NCBI GenBank assembly: GCA_013265495.1
Contig: MU058337.1
Coordinates: 6,740,716-6,804,715 of the forward strand
DNA from: Vicugna vicugna
Lineage: Eukaryota
Direction of reading: 5' to 3'
DNA: 64,000 nt
Within the stretch, counting starts at the first letter, position 1; the number at the start of each line of letters is the position of its first letter. Below, piece by piece: positions 51,686 to 64,000 of the stretch. The notes beneath the pieces were generated by a model. The model worked only from the letters and a program-made list of their open reading frames with translations. It was not told the origin of the DNA and searched no databases. The translations under genes were made by a program, and so were the position numbers.

Positions 51686-51941
51686 CATTATAGCAAGTGA
51701 AATCACACCAAAGCTCCAGGCTATACCACTATATTCCGACAGAAAGCACTAGTACAGATAAAAAACTGAAGGAGCTTCGCAGGAACTGGGTGAAGGCCAT
51801 CTGAGCAGTGATATTAATCACATCACTACGAGAAAAAGGCATTGGTGTTCAAGTGAATTTTTATGCTTCAAATGGCTAATCAAGTATTTGAGAAAAGCAA
51901 AGAAAGGGTGGCAGGTTATAACCATAATTTTCATAATACTC

Positions 51942-52978
51942 TGTGATACTGTGATTTATAATAAGAAATATATTTAGTTTCTGGCAGAGATCTTAAAATG
52001 TTTGGAATTTCCAAAGTGAGGAAAGCCATAACTGTGTATTTTGTCATGTTAGTGAGGTGACTTTTGGAAGCACCTGAATGGGGGCTGGTTTCTAGAGGAA
52101 TCAACCTTGTGATGAGAGGGTTGGAATTCAGTCCCCCACCTGCACTGACCTCCAGGGAGGGAGAGGGGCTAGAGGGTGGATCAACTGCCAATGGCCAGGA
52201 ATTTCATCACCTGTGTAATGAGGCCTCCATAAAAGCCCAGAAGGACAGGGTTCTGAGAGCTTCCTGATTGATGAACACGTGGAGATTTGGGGAAAGTAGG
52301 GCTGAGAGCGAGCACAGAATCTCTGCTCCCTTCCCCTTCCCTTGCCCTGTGCATCTCTTCCATCTGGATGTTCATCTATGTCCTTTCTCATATCCTTTAA
52401 TAATAAACTGGTAACCCAGTAAGGAAAATGTTTCTCTTAGTTCTGTGACCTATTCTAGCAAATTGAGCCCGAGGACGGGTAGTGAGAACTCTGATTTATA
52501 GCCAGTCGGTCAGAAGTACAGGTGACAACCAGGGCTTGAGGCTGACATCTGAAGTAGGGGTGGGGTGAGCAGTCTTGCAGGACTGAACTCCTACCCTGCG
52601 GAAGGTGATGTTATCTGAGAGTAGAACTGTCTTTTCTCATATCCTTTAATAATAAACTGGTAACCCAGTAAATAAAATGTTTCTCTTAGTTCTGTGAACT
52701 ATTCTAGCAAATTGAGCCTGAGGACGGGTAGTGGGAACTCTGATATATAGCCAGTCGGTCAGAAGTACAGGTGACAACCAGGGCTTGTGGCTGTCATCTG
52801 AAGTAGGGGTGGGGTGAGCAGTCTTACGGGACTGAACTCCTACCCTGCGGAAGGTGATGTTATCTGAGAGTAGACAGCATCAGAACTCAGCTGAATTGTA
52901 GGACACTCAGCTGGTGTTTAAGAATTGCTTACTGGTGGTGTGAGGGAACTCCCCGAAGCTGGAATTCACACCAGAACA
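51942..52978 (+). mobile_element. MER21-like LTR with an internal 249-bp tandem duplication
   Basis: Starts tgtgatactgtg. Contains gatgagagggttggaattcagtccccc, cctccagggagggagaggggct and gatttatagccagtcggtcagaagtacaggtgacaacc. The 3' boundary is approximate. Confidence 0.8.
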
Positions 52979-53536
52979 CCCTTTTGTACTCCAACTCATA
53001 GACAAGACCCAGCACCAGTGTTTTCAATGATACCAACCCATAAATCTCAAAAGCCAGAGACTTCTGCTCTTCTCAGCAGCAAAAACCCAAGAGAAATGTC
53101 CTACTTGGTTGAACCATATACAAGTAATTCACAGATTAACAATCTGTTAGAGCTGAAAGAGCTTAGTTCATCTAACAGATTCAACCTGAAGCAGCTTTTT
53201 AAAAATGTTAAGTATGCACACTGATCATACAAAAACCAGATTCAACATTGTTAAATTCTCTTGAAATTAAAAACTGCATTTCCGTGGGTAAAAAGTGAAG
53301 CTGGAAAGGGACACACCAAGAAAAAGGGATACAGCAACTGTTTCATTTTAACCTGCTTTGCTGAAATTACCAATAAATACAACTAGAAAAATTGATTGTT
53401 AATAGAGTGTTAATAATAAATAATATTTCTCACTAATTTAGAGGCTTTGAGAGACTAAGGACGGCAGAAAAGAAGGCAAATCAAAGAAAAAAGTCTGCCT
53501 TATCTCCTCCCGAGAGGCCAGTGGAGCAGAGCTCAC

Positions 53537-53664
53537 CTGGAAGTCTTCCTTCACTGCTTGGAGGTCGTACACAAAGAACTTCTGACAATGCGGCAGGAGG
53601 AGGGCCAGCAAAAGGGACAGGGCGCTGGGGACCAGTAGAAGGCTCTTGGACAGAGGTGCCTTGT
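53537..53664 (-). CDS. UBAC2: UBAC2 coding exon 2 (128 bp)
   Basis: Minus strand ctctctccctccag|ac...ttccag|gtgagc translates KAPLSKSLLLVPSALSLLLALLLPHCQKFFVYDLQAVKEDFQ and joins exon 3 in phase 0. Confidence 0.95.
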
Positions 53665-55224
53665 CTGGAGGGAGAGAGAAAACTGCTTTCAGAATGACTG
53701 TTTCTAAGCTTTTAAAAACCACCTGGGTGAAAAGCAAGAGAATTCACTTCATTTGAATTAGAATGAAGACCAAGTCCACAAACTCTGAAATTTAATTATT
53801 AACGTCTATTTTCAAAATATCTTCCTACGGAAGTAAGGGGTCAAAGGGCACTGGAAAAGAGGTGGAATTCACTGGCAGGGCTTCACTGTCATTTGGCTCT
53901 TACGTGAGACCAAACTAAGTTTATTTCCACAGAATACCTTTCACCTTTCAGAAAACAGTCACCAAAGTGTAAAGAAATAACAGAGGAGTATGTTTTCTAT
54001 CAAACTGACCAGTTAGGTCCTGAGCATGACTGGGATTGACACACATAAACATTTATTCTAAGAAATTTAAAAAGTGGTTAGACTTGCTAATATCGCCGCC
54101 GCAGTGGCCTGTACAGATTTCCCACATAGGCACCCTGGAGCATGAGTCTGTTCTCCGTTGGAGAGTCTTGTCTCAATCTTATGCTGCCTTCAGACGACAG
54201 CTCAATTTCCACTTCCCACCATCCGTCTGTGACCCTCTTCTGCCTTCCCAGCTACAGTAAAGACTCCTGAAGGGGGGCTGCCTGTTCTCACTATACTGGC
54301 CACAAAGCCTGGCACAAAGCATACGAAATGTTCAGATTGTCAACAGCCAGGACCACAAGAAAGTGTCACTGACAGGGACCTTCTCAGATCATGCGAGGTG
54401 CACTTTCAGTAGTACTCATAAGAAATTCCCTGGTCGTGAGCGTACTAGTTTCAGTTGGCCATGTGGTTACTGCGCTTGTTTGAGTATATAAAAATAGCCC
54501 AACTACTTCCTCTCTGGTCCGGTCTTGCAAGCATCTAACTTGGAGCCATCGGTAAAGAGGTTGCATATTGTCTTCATGACCAAGATGCAGTTAAGGCTCC
54601 AGGGAACCTAAAAGCTACCAGAGCTCCCTGTCCCCCAGAAAAGGGGGCCCCCACTGCCCAGAACCTCAGCAGCACAGAAGAGCCCCTCAGCTGGGAGCCT
54701 GCCAACTTCAATTCTGACTAGGGCAGTTTAAGCCTCAGTTTCCCTTGCCTACAAAATGAAGAAAAGAGACACTCCCTCAAAAACGTTACAAGAAGCAAAT
54801 GAGCTAAAGAATGAACACAGGGAAAACTGCTCTCACGGGCCTCAATCACCCATCAGGGGAACTGGATTCCTTGGCAAGCTCCTCCTTTATTATTCCGACA
54901 GGACCAGAGACGGAGCAGGGGTGACAGGTGCACCTTGGAGGGGCGGCGACAATCGTATTTCCTTGTGAAATTGGCCCCATTGTTCATTCCTGCCTCTTCC
55001 TCGCCAGCTCCTCGGTGACTCAACGTTGCTGGAGAAACACACAGCTGAGCTGCAAGATTTCACTGTAGGTTTACGGTCTCAAATCTCAAACTGATACTCT
55101 CCACTGACCAGCAGCTCTCCCACTTTTTTCTAGTAAGTGTGCTCTCTCCTCAGACCTTCCTGCTCCGTACACACAAAGGATTCCATGTCACCACGTGAAT
55201 AAATGAATGGTTTGCTTTGATATT

Positions 55225-56345
55225 CTCGCTCATTCTCCACAATTAATACGCACTGACTACAAACCATGCCTTATCCTAGGCCCTGGGTACAGCAGGGAAC
55301 GATGGACAAAGTCCCTCCCCTTGTGGTGCTTACAGTCCAGACAGGACAGAAAAGAAAATACACAAAGCAAGGAAAATATATATTCTGTCAGATGGAAATA
55401 AATGCTGCAGAGAAGTTAAGCAAGGCAAAGAGCGTGGCTGTGTTCTCCACCATGGATTTCCTGCTCCCTTTCCAGATACATCACTCCCAGGCAAATACTG
55501 AGGAGTCTTTCCCTCTGCCAATGCTCAAGCTGGTGGCTGTGCTATCAGCCAGATCCTAGAGATGAAGACAAAACCGAACAGACCCTCCTGTAGGATTCAC
55601 AACAGAGGGATACCATCAGTGAGAAACAAACCTGGTATTTTAGAGTTGTTTGCTACTGCAGCAGAACTAGCCTATCCTGGTTTGGGGGAAAACATAGCGC
55701 TAGTGGGGAAAGAGGGGTGCTCTTTTACACAAGGTGGTTAGAAGGCCCTCCTGACAAGGTGAAATTTGACCAGACACCTGAGGACGTGGGCCTTGCAGAT
55801 ACCTGGGGGAACAGTATTCCTGGCGGAGGAAAGAACAAGTACAAGTGCTTCAAGATAGGAACAAGCTCAACATGATTAAGAAACAGGAAGGCTGCTAAGG
55901 CAGCTAAAAGCAGAATAAATGCAAAGCAGACAGGTAGGATATAAGGTCGAAGTCGGGGAGCAAACAGTCCTGCAGGCCATCATAGGACTTTAACCTTTTC
56001 TCTGAGAGTGACAGGATGCTTTCGGGGGAAGTTAAGTAGAGGAATAACACGATCAGACATGTTTTCAAAGGATTGCTTTGGTTGCTAAATTGAGAAGAGA
56101 CTACAGGAAGGCAAGCATGGCAGAAGGGAGACCAGCTAGGAGGCTATCGTCATAATCCAGACAAGAGATGATGATGGCCTGGACCAGGGTAGTTTAAGTG
56201 GGGGTGGTAAGAGTGATCAGAACTGGGATATGTTCTGAAGATACAGCAGGCAGAATTCGCTGGCTAACTGCATATAAAGTATAGGCAAATGGAGAAATCA
56301 AAGATGACTCCAATGTTTTTGTTCTGAGCAAGAACTATTGCCAGT
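55225..56345 (-). mobile_element. L2 LINE fragment (interrupted about 55430-55680)
   Basis: gcagatacctgggggaacagtattcctggcggaggaaagaacaag and agggagaccagctaggaggctat...ggcctggaccagggt. Confidence 0.75.
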
Positions 56346-57084
56346 CCTAAGAGGGAAAATTCCGCCATCCTCGCCCTTAGCATGCCTATAAGATGTGGGC
56401 CCATCCTGCAAAATGCTCCCAAATCCCCATCTCTCCCCGCCCCCACCCACCAAGGCTCTACCTTCTACACCAGTGCTACTCAAATTAACCAGTCCAGAAG
56501 CTGTTACCATTCCATAGTCAGAACCAGAATGCAAATCAACTCACTGTGTTCCTCAGGGAGGAAGTCCTGCTATAAAAAAATACCACCTGTATTGAACACG
56601 AGCTCTGCTCAAATGTCACCTTATTTGTGAATGTCTCATGTAACTCTCTATCCGCTTTTTGCTGGTTTATTTTTTTTCATAGCACTTATCAACAAGTGAC
56701 TTATTAAATAGTGATTCACCAAATCTATGATTCAAACTGATTACAAAATCCATCATTATTTTAGGTGTTACTAAAAAAGAAACACTGTCAAATATAATCC
56801 TAAAATGACACCCATTATAAGGTACAACTCAATATTAGAAACACTAAAATGTGAAAAAATGCAATTTAGAATCAAGAAATACATTTCTCTGTGTATTGTC
56901 CATCTCCCTATCCTCAGTCCCCACTAGAATATAAGCTTCTTGAAGGCAGCAGTGTTGTGTGTATGTTCACTGCTGCAGTATCCCTCATGCCTATAACCAG
57001 ATCAGGTCCATAAAGGCAGTCAATAAGTGTCTGTCTAATGAAAGGTGACTGATAAATAAGAGATGCTCAATAAATACTGGTGAA

Positions 57085-57505
57085 ATTGATGGGTAAGTGG
57101 ATAAATAAAATGCGGCATGTCCACACAGTGGACTATAATGAAATATATTCAGTCTTTAAAAGGAAGGAAATCCTCACATGCTACAACATGGATAAGCCTT
57201 CTGGACATTATGCTGAGGGAAGTAAGCCAGACACAAAAAGATAAATACTGTATGATTCCACTTATATGAAGTACCTAAGGAGTCAGATTCAGAGACAGGA
57301 AGTAGGATGGTGGTTTCAGGGGTTAAGGTGGGTAGGGAGTTGTTTAATGGGTACAGAGTTTCAGTTTTGCAAGATGAAGGGTTCTAGAGACAAACGCACA
57401 ACGTGAATGAACTTAATGCCATGGAACACAGAAAAAAATGGTTAAGATGGCAAAATTTATGTTAATGTATGTTTTACCACAATTAAGGCTAAAAATAAAT
57501 AAAAT
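57085..57505 (+). mobile_element. L1MB-like 3' end
   Basis: acattatgctgaggggaagtaagccagacacaaaaagataaatactgtatgattccactt. Confidence 0.85.
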
Positions 57506-58200
57506 ATTTACTGAAATAATAACTGATCCTATTTATACAACCATTTATATTCTGCCTAGAACTAACTCCCTAAAAATACAGATCTGATACTTAAATCAGA
57601 TAACACTACCATTAAGTCCTCACCTTAACGTAAGCAAAAATCAGATCCCAAAACCCTATGAGGAAAGCAACAATATACAAATGTCTAAGAAGTCCCACAT
57701 CAAAGGACAAGTATACAGTACAACTATGGACAGCAAGATTTATTGATCAACTCAAGATCTGTACATTTCACCATATGAAAAGTTGACCCCCCCAAAAAAA
57801 GAACTTTAAATAATTGTTAAATGTTAAGCTAACAACATGTACACTTGAGTACTAGTAAGTGACTACAACTTACTCTGAAATGTGTTAAAAAATAAGATGA
57901 ATTGATGACATAGAGTACAGATATTTAATAAAGCAAATATGTAAACTGTTCATTGTAGAACCTAGGCGGTAGTTACATGGTGTTCATTATATTATTCTTT
58001 CAACTTTTCAGTGTGTTTGAAATTTTTCATAATAAAACATGGGGGCATGGCACACAGTTAATCACAGAATTTGAGAGCTGAGAAAGGACTTCAAACTACA
58101 TGAAGCAAAAACTTACAGGAACAGATAAATCCATGAATATAACTGGAGTCTTCAACACTCTTTTCTGAGTAATTAATAACACAAGTAGACAGAAAGTCAA

Positions 58201-58540
58201 TGTTATAGACTAATACATGCCCCCATTCATATGTTGAAGCCCTAACCCCCAATGTCACTGTTCTTGGAGATAGGGTCTTTAAAGAGGTAATTTAAGGTTA
58301 AGGGAAGTCATAAAGGTGGGGCCCTAATCCAATCTATCTTTATAAGAGAAGAAAGGCACGAGGGATGTGCACACACAGAGGAAAGACCATGTGAACACAA
58401 AGGGAAAAGACAGTTATCTACAAGTCAAGGAGAAAGGCCTCAGGAAAAGCCAAACTTGCCACCATCTTGATCTTCCAGCCTCCAGACTTGGGAGAAAACA
58501 AACAGTTGTTTAAGCCGCCCAAGCTGTGATATGTTATGTC
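58201..58540 (+). mobile_element. MaLR LTR (MLT1A/B-like) inside L1
   Basis: ttcatatgttgaagccctaacccccaatgt, ggagatagggtctttaaagagg and tccagcctccagact. Confidence 0.8.
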
Positions 58541-58802
58541 AGTCAGTAAGAATATAGAAGACTTGAAAAACCATATTAATCAATTTGATCTGATTGATAT
58601 TTATAGACTTCTCTACCCAACAATAGCAAATTACACATTTTTTAAATGCATCTGAAACATTCTCCAAAGTAGACCATTATTCTGAGCCATAAAACATACA
58701 TCAATAAATTTAAAGAAATTAAAATCAAAGTATGTTTCCTGACTACCACAGAATTAAACTAGAAATCTACAACAGAAAGATGGATGGAAGATCCCCCCAA
58801 TA

Positions 58803-58994
58803 CAGCTGACCCTTGAACAACAGCTTTGAACTTCAAGGGTCCACTTATACACAGGTTTTTTCCCAATACATACTACAGTTGAATCCACACATGCACAACC
58901 ACAGCTACAGAGAGCTGACTACAAAGTTATACTTAAGTTTTTGACTCTGTGGGGGTCAGTATCCCTAAATCCTGCATTGTTCAAGGGTCAACTG
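58803..58994. mobile_element. Tigger2-derived MITE (MER8-like) with TA TSD
   Basis: 18-bp TIRs cagctgacccttgaacaa and ttgttcaagggtcaactg (one mismatch), with TA on both sides. Confidence 0.85.
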
Positions 58995-60104
58995 TACTTG
59001 AAAATTAAACAATATACTTCTAAATATTATTTGGGTCAAAGAGGGAGTCACAAGGGAAATTAGAATATATGTTAAATAGAATGAAAAGTAAAAGTACAAC
59101 CAAGCAAAATTTGTGGACTGCAAATAAAGCAGTGCTTAGAAGGAAATTTATAGCATTAAATGCTTACACATTTAGAGAATGCTTATACATTCTTACATGG
59201 TTAAACATGTAAGAATGCTTATACATTGAGAGAAAAGTTCTCAAATGAAGGTGAAGGCTACAAGCTTTAAAAAAAAAAAACTAGAAAAAAGAGCAAATTA
59301 AACCCAAAGGGGGCATATGGAACAAAATAATTAAAAACTAAAATCAAAGAAATAGAAAACTAAAATATAACAGAGAAAAAAACAATGAAACTAAAAGCTA
59401 ATTCTTTGAGAAGATCAATAAAATTGATACACCTCTAGCAGGACTGATGAGGAAAAAAGAGAAGTCACAATTACCACTATCAGGAATGAAGGACAGGACA
59501 TCACTACGGATCTCAAAGACATTAATAGGCTAATAAGGGGTTGCATAACAATGTGAAATGCACTTAATGCCCCTGGACTACACATTCAAAAATGGTTAGA
59601 CTGTTAAATTTTATACCAATCCTACACAACCTCTTCCACCACACAGAAAGGGAGAGAACACTTTCCAATTCATTTTATGAAGCCAACATTACACTGACAG
59701 CAAAAACAAAGACATTAAAAGAAAACAACAGACCAGCATCTCTTAGGAACCTAGATGCAAAATTCTCAACAAAATGCTAGCAAATTGAATCCAGCTATAC
59801 ATAAAAAGGATAATACGTCACAACCAAGTGAAGTTTATTCCAAGAATACAAAGCAAATTAATCACTGTAATTCACCGTATTGACAGAATGAAAAAAAAAT
59901 GCACTGCACAACTCTCTTCACAACCTGTACAATTATCTGCTTACTCTATGAAATCAACTTCTGTCAATTCATGATACAAAACTGGCCACTTACTGCTGCG
60001 TACTTAATGGTAGGCTGTCCTTTTGATCTAATCTTATTACTAATATTATCCAACATTTACCGAACACTTCATAAGTACAAAGTTCCATTCTCCACACTTT
60101 CTGT

Positions 60105-60437
60105 GTACTCCTTGCTCCTGAGGCTCCTACACCTCAGGGCCTTTACACCTGCTACTCCCTCTACTCAAAATGTCCTCCCCGTGCCCAGCCTCATCCTTCA
60201 ATCCTCCCTTTAAACAGCATCTCCTCAAGGTAGCTTTCCTGCATGACTTTTTTATTTATTTCATAGTATTTCCCACTTTCTGAAATTCTTCTTTGTTTAC
60301 TCCTTTATCTGTCTCCCTCATCAGAAAGTAAACTCTACAAAGGCAGGGTCCTGTTTGTTTCTCTCACTGCTGTATTTTCAGACCCAGAAGAGCACCTGGC
60401 ACATAGCAGTGTTTCACTAAGTATTTGATGAATGAAA
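60105..60437 (+). mobile_element. L2 3' end
   Basis: cctggcacatagcagtgtttcactaagtatttgatgaatgaa. Confidence 0.75.
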
Positions 60438-62109
60438 GAAGTATGAGGCAGACACCACTCTCTTCAAATTTATACATATGAGAAAACTGCGACTCAAAGA
60501 CTAAGTTACCTGTCCATGATCGCGAATGTCTTAGGCTGGGTTCTGTTGAAAGTAAAGGGTAAGACAAAAGCTGACTGGCAGGCAGTTTATTTTAGAATGT
60601 GATCCCAGGGAGCAGAAGTGAAGGACAAGGGGAAGGAAACAGGGAGGAAGGGTCAAAACAAGGATTCATTATCAAGATGGTCACTGGGATGAGTGATGGA
60701 TGTTTCTGACAAGGGCTGGATCCTACAGGACCTTCTCAGAAGCCTTGTGAACATATCTCAAAACTATCACCCAGGCAAGAAATAGGAATGCATTTTTATC
60801 CACCATCCCTCGGAAGTCTAGAGTGGCCATAGAAAAGAAGTCCTATAGGAAGAACATGGAAATAACCTCTACCAAATCAGACTAGTTTACACAGGACAAG
60901 AGAGTAGAAATGAATGGAGTAAGAGGTGAGGCTGAGCACAAAGAAATGCTGTGCAAGAAGAGGTATCTGATCTAATGGCCAGGGAGTGGTAGAATCAGGT
61001 ACAAACCCTGACAATCTGACTACAAATAAAACAGCTTCCTATGCTGCATGCCACAGAGCTCCATGGTCCAAAGGGATTTTCACCTGCCTGGTGGGTTTTA
61101 AGTGAAAGACATGTACAGTCACAAACAGCAATAACAGCAATCAAAGTGGTCCCCTGCTTAACAAAAATTAATGCAACTGTCAATGGAGATACAAAAAGAT
61201 GTCAGTTAGGGAGGGAGCAACACTGAGTGGTGGGTACCTATTAAATGCTAAGCCGATCAAAAGTTTTAAAAATAAATATAAACCTTCTGATACAAAAAAA
61301 AAATCTACATCTAGGAATTTAGCCCAAAGTAATTATCATGGATATGCACAAACATTATGCTACAAAGACACTCATCACAGCATTGTTTCCAATAGTGAAG
61401 AAACCAGAAACAATACAAATGTCCAATAGGAAAATGAGTAAATTATGTTTTACCCATAAAATGGAATAATATTCAGTTTTAAGAACTAGGTTGTAGAAAA
61501 ATATTTCATGCTTTGAAAAGATGTTCCTAAACAGTAAGAGCAAAATATTTCTCGTAGCATTACTATAGAATACTTCTAAAAAAAATAGTTCATAAACACA
61601 TGGGGTTTTTTAAGCACCTATCTGAATGATCTGTTCATGGGAGGTTTTAAATTTTTATAAAAATATTTTAAGAATTAGAAAAAATAATTTGGTTTAACTA
61701 GTGACTAATTCAGTAAACCGCTTGATTAAATCTTCATCCACTGAGGTAAGGTAGGTCACTAGCAATCTGCTGGCCTCTCTGTGACTGGAGCCAGGAAGTA
61801 CTTCAAACATCAGGAACCCAAGTAGTATCAAATGGAAGGTTAAAAAAAAGTCAATTCTCTGCAATGGATCCCTCCACTTTTGAAAATAGGGATGTTAACA
61901 AATTTTGAGAACAGACAATGCATGAATCTAAAAGTAAAAATGCAAACATCTATGGTAAAGACAACATAAAACACCAAAGGTTAAGATGTTTCCTGCTGGG
62001 TCATTCACCTCTTTGGAATGACCAAAGTACACAGCCACCTCTCTGAGGCGATGAATAGCAATCAGGCTTTGGTGACTGTGTATTATCCTAAAATAATTAT
62101 TACAGTATA

Positions 62110-62320
62110 CATGGATTACTTTATGCCAGGCACTGCACTAAAAAAAGCACTTTCTGTGTAATACCATCTCAGTGAATGCTTACAGTAAATCTGAGGCAAT
62201 AATTAGTTATCTGCATACCCCAGGTGAAAAATGGGCTAGGAAAGGTTAAGTAACTTGCCCAAAGTCACAGCTAGTTAGTAGAGGGGCTGAGATTTGAACT
62301 CATTCTGCCTGAGTCCAAAG
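62110..62320 (-). mobile_element. MIR SINE
   Basis: aggttaagtaacttgcccaaagtcacagctagttagtagaggggctgagatttgaact. Confidence 0.85.
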
Positions 62321-62431
62321 AAAAAAGGTTTTCCTAATATATCAAAGGAAATCTGATATCTTTATATCATGGTCCTTGGTCCAAAGGGATTTTCACTATT
62401 ACTATTTTTAGCATTTCACTTGTATATTTTT

Positions 62432-63022
62432 GGTTCCTCAAAAAGTTAAACAGAATTACCATATGACCCAACAATTCAACTCCTAGTTATATATTCAAGA
62501 GAACTGAAAACAGATGTTCAAACAAAAACCTGAACATTCATCGCAGCATTGTCAGAATAGCCGAAATGTGGAAACAACCCAAAAGTCCATGGACAGATGA
62601 ACAGATAAACAAACTGTGGTATATCTATACAACAGAATATTACTCAGTCATGAAAGGACACACGTTACTGACACAGGCTACAAAGTGGAAGAATCTTGAG
62701 AACATTATGCTAAGTGAAAAAAGCCAGGCACAAAAAGTCACATATTGTAGGATTCCATTTACATGAAATGTCCGGAATTTAAATATCCACAGGGACAGAA
62801 AGCAGGTTAGTGGCCATCAGGGGCGGGGAGTGGGAGGGAGTAGCGAGTGTCTGCTTAACAGGTACTGCGTTTCATTTTGGAGTGATAAAAATGGTCTGGA
62901 ATTAGACAGTGGTTGGTGATGATTGCACAACAATGTAAATGTGCTGGAAGTCAATAGCTATACACTATAAAATGGTTAAAATGGTGAATTTTATGTTATG
63001 TGAATTTCACCTGATTAAAAAT
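62432..63022 (+). mobile_element. L1MB-like 3' fragment
   Basis: gaattaccatatgacccaacaattc and aaatggttaaaatggtgaattttatg. The ORF at 62566 translates as an L1 ORF2 C-terminal remnant. Confidence 0.88.
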
Positions 63023-64000
63023 ATGTATCTTTTATGTACTGAAGACACTAACCACAGGTCTTGCAAAGCTTAGCCATGCAGGCTGTTACGGAAGCATCGC
63101 AGCCGAGGCTAGATTCAGGGGGTGGGGGTGAGGGGAAGAAAAAGGCAGCAACCCAACAACCCTGTGGGTCCCCACAAGCCAGCCGTGTTAAAGCACACTC
63201 GTCAGAAACCCCAGTGGTTCACACCCCAGGAGGGGGGCCGCCATATCCTGCCGTATTGGTCTCCCTATTTCTGACTACCTGCCTATTTCCTCTGCTTCTC
63301 AGGGTTCCCACAAGAATGACCTGGCAGCTCATGAAGTACCACCCTTAAAGTTTTTCATCAGAAAGGGGCTAAACTAACGTGTGGAAGCCCATAAAAATGC
63401 AGTAACGTGTGCACTGCAAGGTACATGTGCGTGCACCCCGCTTTCCTCCCCGGGCCTATGAGCTACTTCCTGGAAGGAAACTTGATGAAAATTATCGTCA
63501 GTGACCATGTGATGGACAGCGAGTGCCTTCTGGTGACCATCTCAATGAAGTCTTTCCGTAAACTGCCTGGGAATCAAAAGGTCTCAAGTTTATCTTCCTT
63601 ACACTCAATTACCTACGATGGTTAGAATTAAAATGCTGTAAGCCATCCCTGAACCTGCCGCAGTTCCTAACACCTGGGGAGAGTCCGATGGTCTCGGGCG
63701 CCTGCCACTGACCGCTCCTTCCCCGACAGCTGGGCAGGGGGCCTGCCTGGTTCGAGAGGGTGGCCAGTGAACGCCTGTTACTGGACCAGTACTCGTAAAA
63801 CTTCTCAAAAATACAAATGGGAGGAAAAGCTAGGAAGTTTCCATAAAAGAATGCCCAAAAAAGGTGAGAAGCAGGAAGATCTGCCCTCTAGATACAAGAT
63901 ACAAGATCTAGACATAGAAGGTATTTTCCATCTAAAATATTCAGACAGTGAGAATTAGGGTAAACAAAAAAGAATGAGCAATAAAATTGATAAAGGAAGT

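Larger units (their letters stand above)
58090..59895 (+). mobile_element. Decayed L1 ORF2 fragment hosting nested insertions
   Basis: Endonuclease and RT-region remnants such as ctttgagaagatcaataaaattgat and cattttatgaagccaacattac. Confidence 0.8.

Noticed and set aside
54384..54566. 60-aa minus-strand ORF and a bulged hairpin at 54410-54447 as a possible exon or microRNA
   Set aside because: I recognise no homology or clear splice pair, and the stem is too short for a pre-miRNA. The region is better explained as a motif cluster.
2167..63958. Remaining 60-136 aa ORFs in the track
   Set aside because: They are mostly non-ATG starts, overlap decayed repeats, or have a length expected by chance. 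None resembles a known protein apart from L1 remnants and the UBAC2 exon read-throughs.

Overview
Mammalian genomic DNA, probably camelid (tRNA-Ala-derived SINEs of the Vic-1 type). The window covers part of the UBAC2 locus on the minus strand (coding exons 2, 3 and 4 at 53537-53664, 48097-48216 and 47446-47555). Two immune class A GPCR genes lie antisense inside the long UBAC2 intron 4: GPR183/EBI2 (CDS 696-1766, +) and GPR18 (non-coding exon 1 about 38215-38464, CDS 40952-41947, +). Most of the remainder is interspersed repeat (L1, L2, MIR, MaLR/ERVL/ERV1 LTRs, Tigger and hAT elements), and an 829-N gap is flanked by a 1.5-kb near-identical duplication that is probably an assembly artefact. 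The most interesting observation is a tightly packed chain of three short uORFs in the spliced GPR18 leader, with one stop/start overlap, one uORF spanning the splice junction and one ending 1 nt before the main ATG. Other leads are a full two-module CTCF site between the two GPCRs, an 84-bp dispersed duplication upstream of GPR18, and two dense immune transcription-factor motif clusters. I see no evidence for a new protein-coding system. Repeat family names and comparisons to human sequences come from memory and were not checked by a search.
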